Shown here piece by piece: positions 51,005 to 60,569 of a stretch of DNA of 64,000 nucleotides (positions are counted from its first letter, which is position 1; each line of letters starts with the position of its first letter). The stretch comes from an uncultured cyanobacterium (lineage in GTDB: Bacteria; Cyanobacteriota; Cyanobacteriia; Phormidesmidales; Phormidesmidaceae), in assembly GCA_963793265.1 (NCBI GenBank), contig CAWBZI010000006.1, positions 352,001 through 416,000 of the forward strand, written 5' to 3'. Both the position numbers and the translations under genes were made by a program. The notes beneath the pieces were generated by a model. The model ran no database searches, was not told the origin of the DNA, and was given only the letters and a program-made list of their open reading frames with translations.

Positions 51005-53023
51005 ATGGTCTATTGTCCAAATCCTGTGTGTCCATCGCCGCAAAATGCTTTGTTGGCTAATTTTTGCCAGGCTTGCGGTACGCCTTTGACAGTAGCCGAA
51101 CAGTATCGATTGAAATCGATTTTAGGTGAAGGTGGCTCAGGTCGAACGTTTTTGGCCGAAGATGCAGCGGGTAAAACCTACGCCATTAAGCAGCTCTACG
51201 GGGCTCAAGTAGGCAAAACCGACCGTGAATATGACTTTAAAGCGGTAGCTGAGCGACTGCGTAAGCTGGGTGAACATTCGCAGATTCCACGGTTAATAGA
51301 AGCGATAGAAGTCAGCTTGCAGCACCAGATAGTTCGGTTTTTGGTGCAGGAATATGTGTCAGGTGACAATCTGGAAAAGCAAGTAGAGACGGATGGGCCT
51401 TGGACGCCGATGCAGGTGCGATCGCTCCTTTCCCAGTTAGTACCCGTTTTACAATACGTCCACAGCTTCAACGTCATTCACCGAGACATCAAACCTGCAA
51501 ATATCATTAGCCCGAGCAAGAACGCTTCAGATTTGCCAATGCTGGTAGACTTTGGCGCGGCTAAGTGGATACGCAAAGCACCCGCTAAGACGGTTGTTGG
51601 CAGCGCGGACTATGCGGCTCCTGAACAAACGATGGGGCAAGCGACTTTTGCCAGTGACATCTATAGTTTGGGGCTCACCTGCCTACATCTGCTCACGAGC
51701 ATTCATCCTTTTTCGCTTTATTCTATTGCCGAAGATCGCTGGGTTTGGCAAGACTATCTGCCGCAGCCGATTGAGCCGCGATTGGCTCAGGTACTCGATC
51801 AGATGGTGGCTCGCGCTTTGCCTCAGCGCTACGAGAGTTTTGATCAGGTCGCACTCGACTTACAGTTTTCGCAAGACCCGTTGCGCTATGCGTCTAAGCA
51901 GCTCTTGACACTAGCAAAGGAAGCAGCTCCTTTTATTAGTTCTGCGTCGAGTTCTGTTGCAGGCGCACTTCACTCAGCCCGTAAGCAGCCTTCTAATCGG
52001 ATATTTGCCAAAAGTAAAGCGGCTATTGGACAGAAATGGTGGTGTCAGTACCGGCTAACTGAAGCGATTGGCGTAACGCAGGCGATCGCACTCAACATTT
52101 TCTCACCATCTTCCACCCAGGCCCCGACCCTAGCCACCGCTGGCACCGATGGCTCAATTCGCCTGTGGCATCTGCCCAGCGGTCAGCTTATTCACACCTT
52201 TCATCGGCGACGGCTCATAGGTAGCGGTCACACTGCTGCGGTTACGGCGCTAAAGTTTCACCCTGACGGGCGGGCGCTATATAGTGCAAGCGTCGATGGC
52301 ACAATTAAAGAGTGGGACTGCGGCGAATGCTGCTTGCTCAATACGTTGCCGAACGCGGGCTGGACGCCTACAGATTTGGCCGTTACCCCTGATGGCACTC
52401 AGCTCGTGAGCCCTTACAGTGATGGCCAGATTGCCCTCTGGGATATTGCCACGCTTCAGCCTACGGCCCAGCTTGCCCAGCATCAAAACAGTGTGAGGGC
52501 GATCGCGTTCACTACAGATGGCGAATGGCTAGCCAGCGCTAGCGACGATGGCACGATTAAGCTATGGCGATGTCAGCAAGGACAAGTGAGGAGGCAGGTG
52601 CCTCAGCTTTCTAAAACCATCAGCCTTGAGAAGCCAATCGCGCTAGCCTTCTATTCATCGCCACTTAACCCATCGGCCTCTATCTCTACAGTCTTTACCT
52701 GGCAGCTCATCGTTGCGACTGCTAGCGGACTTGTGCTGCGCTACGGTTTAGACGCGCAGGCTAACCCTAGTGAGCCTGAAACTATCTATCAGTCACCTTT
52801 GGCTATTACGGCTTTTGCGCTTAGTGCTGACGGCACACTCGCAATCGGCAGCGAAAACAGAGTTCTAACCCTGTGGAACTTGAGCACAGGAGAATGTGTG
52901 GCCGAGCTTGCGCATGACTGGGGGCTAGTGACAGCTACTTTCACCGCCGATAGCCAAACGCTGATTACGGCGAGCGCTGATGAGGTAGTTTCGGTATGGC
53001 AGCGGGACTCGAAGGGTTCGTAG
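51005..53023 (+). CDS. Ser/Thr protein kinase with N-terminal Cys4 motif and WD40 repeats
   Basis: YCPNPVC...FCQACG, GEGGSG, AIKQ, HRDIKPAN, DFG, APEQ; WD40 repeats (DGSIRLW, DGTIKEW, DGTIKLW). Confidence 0.92.
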   Translation: MVYCPNPVCPSPQNALLANFCQACGTPLTVAEQYRLKSILGEGGSGRTFLAEDAAGKTYAIKQLYGAQVGKTDREYDFKAVAERLRKLGEHSQIPRLIEAIEVSLQHQIVRFLVQEYVSGDNLEKQVETDGPWTPMQVRSLLSQLVPVLQYVHSFNVIHRDIKPANIISPSKNASDLPMLVDFGAAKWIRKAPAKTVVGSADYAAPEQTMGQATFASDIYSLGLTCLHLLTSIHPFSLYSIAEDRWVWQDYLPQPIEPRLAQVLDQMVARALPQRYESFDQVALDLQFSQDPLRYASKQLLTLAKEAAPFISSASSSVAGALHSARKQPSNRIFAKSKAAIGQKWWCQYRLTEAIGVTQAIALNIFSPSSTQAPTLATAGTDGSIRLWHLPSGQLIHTFHRRRLIGSGHTAAVTALKFHPDGRALYSASVDGTIKEWDCGECCLLNTLPNAGWTPTDLAVTPDGTQLVSPYSDGQIALWDIATLQPTAQLAQHQNSVRAIAFTTDGEWLASASDDGTIKLWRCQQGQVRRQVPQLSKTISLEKPIALAFYSSPLNPSASISTVFTWQLIVATASGLVLRYGLDAQANPSEPETIYQSPLAITAFALSADGTLAIGSENRVLTLWNLSTGECVAELAHDWGLVTATFTADSQTLITASADEVVSVWQRDSKGS

Positions 53024-53038
53024 CCGCCTTAGATGAAT

Positions 53039-54637
53039 CTAGCGACCAATCTTTTGACGAATGCGCTGAACTAGCATGTCCGCTTCAGGAATGCCCAAGA
53101 CCACAGTCAACAAAGCAAAGGCTGCAATACCAACGGCCCCAGCAATGCTCATTAAGATCAGGTTCGCCAAGAATCCTTCTGCGCCGATTAGGCTAGTGAG
53201 TCCGCCTAGTGTCAGCCAGCAGAAGATGCCGCTAACGAAGCTGGCTGCTGTGAGCGTGAAAATAGTTCGTGCCCAGTTCGCAATTGGTAGACCGCCCAGC
53301 TTTCTATCGAGTATCACCGTCATTGCTATCAGCGAGACAATATTGACACCGATGGTCGCAACGACTAAGCCAGTCGGCCCCATTAGGTTGAAGAGAACGT
53401 AGTCTAAAACGGCGTTGACGGCGATGTTAACCAGACTGATTTTAAAGGGCGTATTGCCATCGCCTAGCGCATAAAACACGCGCACCATAATGTCACGGGC
53501 TAGGTAGACGAACATGCCTACGCCATAGGCAATCAAAATTGGCGTAACCAGCAGAACCGCATCTGTATTGAAGTTGCCGCGCTTGTAAACGACGGTGATG
53601 ATGGGCCGCGCGAGCGTAATGATAAGGGCACTCATAGGCAGCATTGTGAGCGCGACCAGCACTAAGCTTTGGCGAATGCGCTGCTTGAGTTCGGGCCATT
53701 GTGACGGGTCGGCTAGCCGCGAAAACATTGGGAAAAACGGCACCAGAATGATGTTGGACACAAGCCCTAGCGGCGTTTGTACCAATAGGTTTGCAAAGCC
53801 TAAAGCGGCTAATGTGCCTGGGACAAAGGCGGCAAAAAACAAATCAGTGTACACGTTGATCTGCATTGAGCCTGACGAAAACGTTGCCGGGCCGAGCACT
53901 TTGAGCACGTCGCGGACGCCGGGATCTCTGAGATTAAAGCGCAGCCGTAGTCGGCCTAAGCCTGATTTCCAGAGGGCGGGCACCTGTACGAGCCATTGTA
54001 GAATCGCGCCTAACAAAGAACCGAGAGCCAGTACCATGCCGCCTAGCATAATGTTGTCTGGATTGGTGATATCTCCGTTGGTGACGAGCCAAAAAACGCC
54101 TAACGCGACAATGACCGCCGAGCTAGAAAGTAGTGGGCTAATAGACGGTAGCCAGTACTGATCATCTGCATTCAAGCTGCCAAAGCCGATGCCAATCAAG
54201 CAGGCAAAGATTGTAATTGGCGACATAATGCGGAGCTGAGTAATGGCAATTTGCCGACTCACCTCGCCCACTTCGGTGCCGATAAACCCGCGCCCTAGCA
54301 GATCGATAATGGGTTCTGCGCACATGAACATAGCAATGCTCACGAAGATCATGCCGATGCCCACGACCGTTGTTACGGTTTCTACGATGGGCGCGATCTC
54401 TTCCTTTCTTCGCTTGGAGACGGCGCTGACAATGGCGCTGTGAAAAGGGCCGTTAATGCCGCCTAGCAGAATGAGTAAAAAGCTGGGAATGACATAGGCA
54501 ATGCCGTAGGCGTCTGTAACTGGCCCCGTGCCAAAAGAAGCTGCGATCGCCTGTTCTCGAAATAAGCCAAACACCTTACTGAGCAAGGTAGCCGCTGCCA
54601 CAATGCCCGCAATTCCTGCCAGCGATCGCTTACCCAA
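53039..54637 (-). CDS. murJ: Lipid II flippase MurJ
   Basis: TLLSKVFGLFRE..IA..FG, GGINGPFHSA, RVFYALGD..TP. Confidence 0.95.
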   Translation of the reverse strand: MGKRSLAGIAGIVAAATLLSKVFGLFREQAIAASFGTGPVTDAYGIAYVIPSFLLILLGGINGPFHSAIVSAVSKRRKEEIAPIVETVTTVVGIGMIFVSIAMFMCAEPIIDLLGRGFIGTEVGEVSRQIAITQLRIMSPITIFACLIGIGFGSLNADDQYWLPSISPLLSSSAVIVALGVFWLVTNGDITNPDNIMLGGMVLALGSLLGAILQWLVQVPALWKSGLGRLRLRFNLRDPGVRDVLKVLGPATFSSGSMQINVYTDLFFAAFVPGTLAALGFANLLVQTPLGLVSNIILVPFFPMFSRLADPSQWPELKQRIRQSLVLVALTMLPMSALIITLARPIITVVYKRGNFNTDAVLLVTPILIAYGVGMFVYLARDIMVRVFYALGDGNTPFKISLVNIAVNAVLDYVLFNLMGPTGLVVATIGVNIVSLIAMTVILDRKLGGLPIANWARTIFTLTAASFVSGIFCWLTLGGLTSLIGAEGFLANLILMSIAGAVGIAAFALLTVVLGIPEADMLVQRIRQKIGR

Positions 54638-54692
54638 AACGATATCCCCTCATAACCAATCCTCATTTAATCACTCCACGGAGCCCTTGTTC

Positions 54693-56384
54693 CTAACGAA
54701 CCGCAGACCGCAGCCATCCACTCATAAAGTCCACGCCAATCGTCAGGACTATAAACGCTGTAAGCGTAGCGGCGAGTCCGCTGTAGTCAAAGTTGCTGAG
54801 CTGCTCAGTCATCAGTCGTCCCAGTCCGCCTGCGCCAACTAAGCCCACAATGACCGTCTCTCGCAGGCACACTTCCCAGCGGTAGAGAATGTAGGCTAAA
54901 AACCGCGCCAGGGTTGCCGGTAAAATGCCGTAGAAAATGAGGCCACCGCTAGAGGCCCCGAGCGATCGCAATCCCCTCACCGGCCCATCAGGCAGGTTCT
55001 CATTCACCTCGGCCATGAGCCGCCCCAAAATGCCAAAGTTGTGAATGCCTAACGCCAAAGCGCCCGGCAAAATGCTGGGAAACATGCCGTATAAAATTAC
55101 CAGGGCCAAGATGGGAGCCGGGATTGCTCTAGCGCCCAAAAGTAACAGCCGAGTCAGCAGCATCGCCACGTGCCCTATGCTCCAACGACGCGATTCACCG
55201 ACTGAGCTAAGCAGACCGCCGGGTAAAAAGAAGTTCTGAGCGGCTGGGAAAGAGAATGCAATACCGCCGATACCAGCAAAGGTGATAGCCAGCGCCGACA
55301 TGGCGACGGTTTGTAGCGCGAGCGGGAAAAGGGACAAGGAGAATTCGGGTAGGACTTGGGCGGGGGTGACTTGAGCAACAAGATCTGTGAGGAGCGATCG
55401 CGCCCTTGCCCATCGGCTCCAGTCAATATTCAAGTAGGCAAAGCTAAGCGGCAGGGAAAGCGCCATTACGCCCCACGAGAAGGCTATGAACAGCGGTTGG
55501 CGTCTGGGCGATCGCACCCCACTATTTTCCGAAACCCCACGCCCCAAACTCAACCGGCTCACAAATCCCATCTGCCGCCGCAGCCGAGCACTCCAAAAGT
55601 CCACCGTCCCATTCAGCAATATCAGCGCATAAAATCCTGTCCATAGCTCCTCGTAGCGCAATGATTGCAAGCTCAGTAAAATCTGATAGCCCAAACCGCC
55701 CGCGCCAATGACACCTAGAACGGCAGCGGCCCGCAATGAACACTCGAATCGATAGAAGCTGTAGGAAATTAGGTTCGGCAGTGCTTGGGGCAAAAGCGCG
55801 TAGGTAAACGCAATAACTGGCTTTACACCGCTATTAACCAGACTCTCTAGCGGCGCTGTTGGCGTTTCGTCCAAAATTTCTGAGAAGACTTTCGCAGTAA
55901 TTGCGCCAAACGGAATTGCGATCGCCAGCACCCCTACAATCGCATCCAACCCAAAGACATTCAGCAGCAACAGTCCCCAAATCAGCTCATGAATGGCCCG
56001 AGGGATGGCAATCAGCCCGCGTAACGCAATCCATAGCCCGCGCCCAATTCTGCCAGGAAAGCACACCTGCCACCACACCTCAGAGCAGGCAATCCCAAGC
56101 ACAAATCCAATGACTAAGCTCAACGCCGTACCGCAAATGGCAAACGCTAACGTCGTCAAAGTAGCCTGAGCCATCACCTGTAGAAAGTCGGCATCTAAAG
56201 CTGGCCGAAACATGCCCGCCCAGAACTGGCCCATCACCGTAAAGCCCGCCCAGTTCACAACCGGAGATCGACCTATGCCAGAAAGCCACAGCGCCCAGAG
56301 GATTAGCCCTATCCAAACGAGTAAGGCAACTTGAGAATGACTTAATTTTTGAGGTATTTTAGGCAGCAGTTTCTCAGGCGGCAT
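54693..56384 (-). CDS. phnE: PhnE/PtxC-like ABC permease with two fused membrane domains
   Basis: RAIHELIW, YRFECSLR.AAVLGVIGAGGLG and YRWEVCLRETVIVGLVGAGGLG. Confidence 0.85.
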   Translation of the reverse strand: MPPEKLLPKIPQKLSHSQVALLVWIGLILWALWLSGIGRSPVVNWAGFTVMGQFWAGMFRPALDADFLQVMAQATLTTLAFAICGTALSLVIGFVLGIACSEVWWQVCFPGRIGRGLWIALRGLIAIPRAIHELIWGLLLLNVFGLDAIVGVLAIAIPFGAITAKVFSEILDETPTAPLESLVNSGVKPVIAFTYALLPQALPNLISYSFYRFECSLRAAAVLGVIGAGGLGYQILLSLQSLRYEELWTGFYALILLNGTVDFWSARLRRQMGFVSRLSLGRGVSENSGVRSPRRQPLFIAFSWGVMALSLPLSFAYLNIDWSRWARARSLLTDLVAQVTPAQVLPEFSLSLFPLALQTVAMSALAITFAGIGGIAFSFPAAQNFFLPGGLLSSVGESRRWSIGHVAMLLTRLLLLGARAIPAPILALVILYGMFPSILPGALALGIHNFGILGRLMAEVNENLPDGPVRGLRSLGASSGGLIFYGILPATLARFLAYILYRWEVCLRETVIVGLVGAGGLGRLMTEQLSNFDYSGLAATLTAFIVLTIGVDFMSGWLRSAVR

Positions 56385-57162
56385 TTGCGCTCAAGTCGCT
56401 TAATTCATAAAGCCTCGTTAGCTGATCGCTGGTGACTGAATGACTCGGTAGATCGAATACTAGCTGACCTTGACGGAGGCCGATAACGCGATCGCAATAT
56501 GCCTTCGCCAGATCTACATCGTGCAGGCTCACCAGCAGAGTTCTATCTTTTCCTAGTTCGCAAAGCTGAGCCATAATGTCGTGCGATCGCGCTGGATCAA
56601 CGCTTGCCACCGGCTCATCGGCCAGCACAATCGCCGGGTCTTGCACCAGCACTCGCGCTAGGGCCACCCGCTGCTGCTGACCGCCAGAGAGCCTATCCGT
56701 GCGAGCGTAGAGCTTATCGGCCAAACCGAGCTGCGAAAGCGCCTGCTGTGCTTGCCACGCCTGCTGCGGCCACGCTAAAGACAAGAGTGCTTTCCATAGC
56801 GGCCATCGCCCCAAATGCCCAGCATTAACGTTGTGAATCACGCTGAGATTCGTAACGAGGTTGTGCTGCTGGTAAACGGTGCCGACCTGTCGCTGAAGCT
56901 GACGGCGCTGATGATTACGCAAGTTCTTGAGCGATCGCCCCAACACCCGCACTTCTCCTGCTGTAGGACTCAGCGAGCCGTTGAGTAAGCTTAGCAGCGT
57001 ACTTTTGCCTGCGCCACTGGGGCCGACAAGCGCGACCCGTTCTCCAGATGCGATCGCTACACTCACAGACTGCAACGCCATCACCGAGCCAAAATTGCAG
57101 GTGACATCATCAAGCGAAAGCACAGTATTAGAAGCTACAGCCAGGTCACAACCATCATTCAC
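56374..57162 (-). CDS. phnC: PhnC-like ABC ATP-binding protein
   Basis: GPSGAGKST, LSGGQQQRVALAR, LADEPVASVDP, SLH. Confidence 0.88.
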   Translation of the reverse strand: MNDGCDLAVASNTVLSLDDVTCNFGSVMALQSVSVAIASGERVALVGPSGAGKSTLLSLLNGSLSPTAGEVRVLGRSLKNLRNHQRRQLQRQVGTVYQQHNLVTNLSVIHNVNAGHLGRWPLWKALLSLAWPQQAWQAQQALSQLGLADKLYARTDRLSGGQQQRVALARVLVQDPAIVLADEPVASVDPARSHDIMAQLCELGKDRTLLVSLHDVDLAKAYCDRVIGLRQGQLVFDLPSHSVTSDQLTRLYELSDLSANAA

Positions 57163-57174
57163 TTAGCAAAGTGC

Positions 57175-58134
57175 CTACTCAATTTTGCCAATCTCTCGAC
57201 CCACCGCCTCAATCTGAGCATAGTTATCATTTTGAGTTTCAATAAACCTTTCAGCGCCAAACAGCTCTAGTATCTCAGCCTGATCGGGATCGCTCGCATC
57301 CAGCTTCAGTAAAGCGGCCTGAACTTTATCAGTAAAGCCTTCGCCATACTGCTCATCTAGCTTTTCGCTATTCACGACCCAGTGATAATCGTAGTAAGCA
57401 GGCGTTTGCCAAATCGCACGCACCTTGCTTTCATCCACACCACCTTCGGCCACCTGATCTAGCCACACCTGCTCATTCAAAGCCCCGGCCTCATAGCTGC
57501 CCGCCTCGACCAGCTTAATCGTGGCATCGTGATTACCCGAGAAACCCGGCTCGCCCTTCAAGTCGTCAAGCTTAACGCCCGCCTGCTCCAAGAAATATTG
57601 AGGCATCAGCCGCCCTGAGGTAGAAGACTCAGATCCAAACGTAAATGATTTATCTTTTAGCTCGGTTAAGTCTGCTTCGCTTTCAAAAGGCTCTATGCCG
57701 CTGCTGGTGTTGGCAATGAAAATGCTGTGAAATTCGGCATCAATGCCTCGCTGGGCGATCGCCTCTGCCCCTGGCACCTGTAGCCGAGACTGCACGCCAG
57801 TGAGCCCGCCAAACCAAACTAAATCCAGGTCACCTACCTTGAATGCAGTCACAGCGGCAGTGTAGTCAGTCACCGGCTCGTACGCTACGGGCACGCCGAG
57901 TTCTGCGCTCAAATAATCAGCTAGCTTGCTGTAAAGCCGCTGCAACTTTTCAGGATCCTGGTCAGGGATTGCACCTACCGATAACGGCGCTGCCGACAGG
58001 TTTTCAGCGACAGCTCCATCCGATGTCGTGGTACCTGTAGTTTCACTGGGCGCGCAGCCTGACATCAATAGCAAGAAAAGTCCACACGCCCCAGAGATTA
58101 CGGAACGACGATTGCAAGACATCAAAAGCTTCAT
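57175..58134 (-). CDS. phnD: PhnD-family ABC substrate-binding lipoprotein (putative selenate/phosphonate-type)
   Basis: Lipobox MSGC, AIPDQ, WFGGLTGVQ, FGSESSTSGRLMP, SGNHDAT, YYDYHW. Confidence 0.85.
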   Translation of the reverse strand: MKLLMSCNRRSVISGACGLFLLLMSGCAPSETTGTTTSDGAVAENLSAAPLSVGAIPDQDPEKLQRLYSKLADYLSAELGVPVAYEPVTDYTAAVTAFKVGDLDLVWFGGLTGVQSRLQVPGAEAIAQRGIDAEFHSIFIANTSSGIEPFESEADLTELKDKSFTFGSESSTSGRLMPQYFLEQAGVKLDDLKGEPGFSGNHDATIKLVEAGSYEAGALNEQVWLDQVAEGGVDESKVRAIWQTPAYYDYHWVVNSEKLDEQYGEGFTDKVQAALLKLDASDPDQAEILELFGAERFIETQNDNYAQIEAVGREIGKIE

Positions 58135-58719
58135 ACAGAAATTTACTTACAAAAGGTAGTGGGACTAGAGGTTACCAAACTTCTGAATTCAATATCAATG
58201 GGGCGTCAGTGAGATTTGAGGAGAAGATCACAATCGAAAATAATAGAGATAGGTATCAGCAGTCGTTCACGCAAACGAAAAAATCTTCTGCTATGACGGA
58301 ATTTATGTACATGCTGGTAAATAACCTGACGTGCAGGTAAGTGTTTTCACTTCTATATAAACAGGCGGTCTGTGACAAAAGGCACCTCAAAAAACTGCTT
58401 GCCGTGATGCGTGATGCGATCGCAAAAAGTTTTCCCCAGGCCACATCGACGACGCTTCGACTAAATTGAGCTGCCATACAAAACCGTGAATATCGCTCCA
58501 ATACCTATTAATTGCCATCTAGGAAGCATTCAAAAATATTTCAGCTCGAACGCCTACTGGTCTAGTACCTCTCGGCACAAGCGTGCGAAACCCCCGAAAG
58601 ACATGAACTCCCGCAATCACTCATAGAGGCAATCGACGCCAAATGCAACCCTTGCAACCGACTAATTTCACTCATTTGACGATTTTTCAAATTCTCTTTT
58701 TTCTAATCTTCCTCAGACA

Positions 58720-58782
58720 CTTTCCACAGGTTATCCACCGATTGAGCAAAAGTTTTCCACAGGTTGCCTATAGTTTTCCACA
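58720..58782 (+). promoter_or_regulatory. Cluster of four co-oriented DnaA-box-like 9-mers
   Basis: CTTTCCACA 58720, TTATCCACC 58731, TTTTCCACA 58753, TTTTCCACA 58774; AT-rich flanks. Confidence 0.7.
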
Positions 58783-59036
58783 GCTTTTTACGCAGTACCA
58801 GTAGCTTCACGCATTTCTTGGGAATTTAGTTGACGGCACGCTCAAATATGAGAAATCAGCATAACTTCATAAATTTATATGACAAAAAAGTGCCTTAAAC
58901 GCTTATTTTTCGTTGATAGCGCTTTAAGTAAAAAGGCTATTCAAAGTTTTTTTATCATTGACAAACCCTACCCCTGGCAACGCAGAATAGGTCAACACCT
59001 GCACAACTCGCGCAGTGACTAAGCAAGAGGTTCTCC

Positions 59037-59243
59037 ATGCAATCGACCGTAAGCATCCTAGCCGAGATTCCTGAAGAGCTTCACGATTCTCTGAAAGGCT
59101 TTATTGAAACGCACCCTACCTGGGATCAAGACCGCGTATATGCAGCGGCACTGTCTTTATTTTTGCTTCAAAACGGGCACGCGCAAGGCGATCGCACCCC
59201 ATCCCGAATTTATCTAGATACGTTGTTCAACTACGCCCAATAG
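59037..59243 (+). CDS. DUF2811 family protein
   Basis: VSILAEIPEELH..L..F...HP.WDQDRV..AALSLFLLQNG; GAGG RBS. Confidence 0.9.
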   Translation: MQSTVSILAEIPEELHDSLKGFIETHPTWDQDRVYAAALSLFLLQNGHAQGDRTPSRIYLDTLFNYAQ

Positions 59244-59375
59244 ACACATCAATAAACGCGCTAGTAGATACCAAAAATCGGTCAGGGTTTGCGGTCATTG
59301 ACAGTAGGGATATTTCCCCCATCTGTCAAGAGTTTGGGTATAGTATATGAGTCGTAAGATAAGTGCTATACAGCC

Positions 59376-60125
59376 ATGTCTGCCAATCCTGCTGATAGGG
59401 CCTCTACCCAACCGGTAACCCATCGGACGGCGACGCAGGATTCTTTACTACTTAAAGAAGTATTACAGAGTATTAACGCGCAAAGCTGCCCGAGAACCTA
59501 CAACTTCCATATGCATACCAACTGCTCTGACGGGAAACTAACCCCCGCAGAGCTGATGAATCAGGCCGTAGATATTGGCCTAACGGGTATGGCAATTACT
59601 GACCATCACAACGTCAAGGGCTATCGCAAAGCCCGTCAGTGGATGGAAGATTGGCGGTGGCACAACCCCTCTAGCTGGAGCCGTAAGCGCAAGCCAGGAA
59701 CGAAATCTTTGCCTAAGCTTTGGACAGGTGTCGAAATCACCTCATACTTAGCCGGTACCGATGTGCATATTCTAGGCTACGCCTTTAGACCCGGTGATGA
59801 GGGGATGGCCCCTTATATTCAGGGCTCGGCCCCAAAAGGTGAAGATCGAGAGGCGAGCCGTGTCATTAACGCTATTCAGGCAGCAGGTGGAATTGCTATT
59901 TTGGCCCACCCTGTTCGCTACCGGACAGATGAAATTACGCTCATAAGGGCGGCAGCACTGTTAGGGATTGATGGTGTAGAAACCTACTACGCTTACGACA
60001 ATCCAAAGGTTTGGCGACCTAGCCCTGGTAAAACAGAGCGTGTGCAGGCACTAGCTCATGAGCATAGATTATTGAGCAGTTGCGGCACGGATACTCATGG
60101 CAAAGTACTAACCAAGCGTTTGTAA
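59376..60125 (+). CDS. PHP domain metal-dependent phosphoesterase
   Basis: HMHTNCSDG, ITDHH, GVEI, HILGY, AHP, GTDTHG. Confidence 0.92.
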   Translation: MSANPADRASTQPVTHRTATQDSLLLKEVLQSINAQSCPRTYNFHMHTNCSDGKLTPAELMNQAVDIGLTGMAITDHHNVKGYRKARQWMEDWRWHNPSSWSRKRKPGTKSLPKLWTGVEITSYLAGTDVHILGYAFRPGDEGMAPYIQGSAPKGEDREASRVINAIQAAGGIAILAHPVRYRTDEITLIRAAALLGIDGVETYYAYDNPKVWRPSPGKTERVQALAHEHRLLSSCGTDTHGKVLTKRL

Positions 60126-60173
60126 GGGGCGCGGGTAGTCACGCCGTGAGTCACAGGCCAAAAAGAACATGAG

Positions 60174-60207
60174 AAAAGCCGCCCTTGGCTGACCAGAGGC
60201 GGCTTTT
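60174..60207. terminator. Bidirectional intrinsic terminator
   Basis: AAAAGCCGCC / GGCGGCTTTT. Confidence 0.8.
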
Positions 60208-60280
60208 GCTATTTTGCGTAGCAGAGGTTAAGGAAAAGATTCTTTTCTAAACGAATCTTTGTAAATCCTCTAAGAATGCC

Positions 60281-60388
60281 TTATACCGAAGCGTAAGACA
60301 TAATAGCGATCAGGCCAGCGCATCCCACGACGAGCATTAAACCCAACCCAATTGACTGACCTAGACCCGACTTGCGTGCAACTTTCAT
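60281..60388 (-). CDS. Putative 35-aa single-TM small protein
   Basis: My translation MKVARKSGLGQSIGLGLMLVVGCAGLIAIMSYASV; basic N-terminus plus hydrophobic helix; terminator downstream. Confidence 0.5.
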   Translation of the reverse strand: MKVARKSGLGQSIGLGLMLVVGCAGLIAIMSYASV

Positions 60389-60569
60389 AATGAAAAGAGG
60401 CGATTGAGCCTTTAGCTATCTATGTATAAACACTAATGCAGCGATCCCCATAGTCCTCATAAAGGACAACAATCCGCAACGAAAAGTAACAGTACTTAAA
60501 GAAGAAGTGAAGTGCCTGCTCAGATTCCTGTTCAGACAAAGGGGACTAAGAAATCAGCGACGTTAGGGC

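Noticed and set aside
50964..51060. C-terminal extension of the 125-aa ORF-track version of ycf34
   Set aside because: Product of the frameshift; it overlaps the kinase gene and lacks the conserved tail
58256..58501. 81-aa minus-strand ORF in the phnD-DUF2811 intergenic region
   Set aside because: TTG start and no recognisable motif; cannot be supported without a homology search
59298..59329. TTGACAG/CTGTCAA inverted repeat between DUF2811 and the PHP gene
   Set aside because: Short imperfect stem with no U-tract; could be an operator or chance
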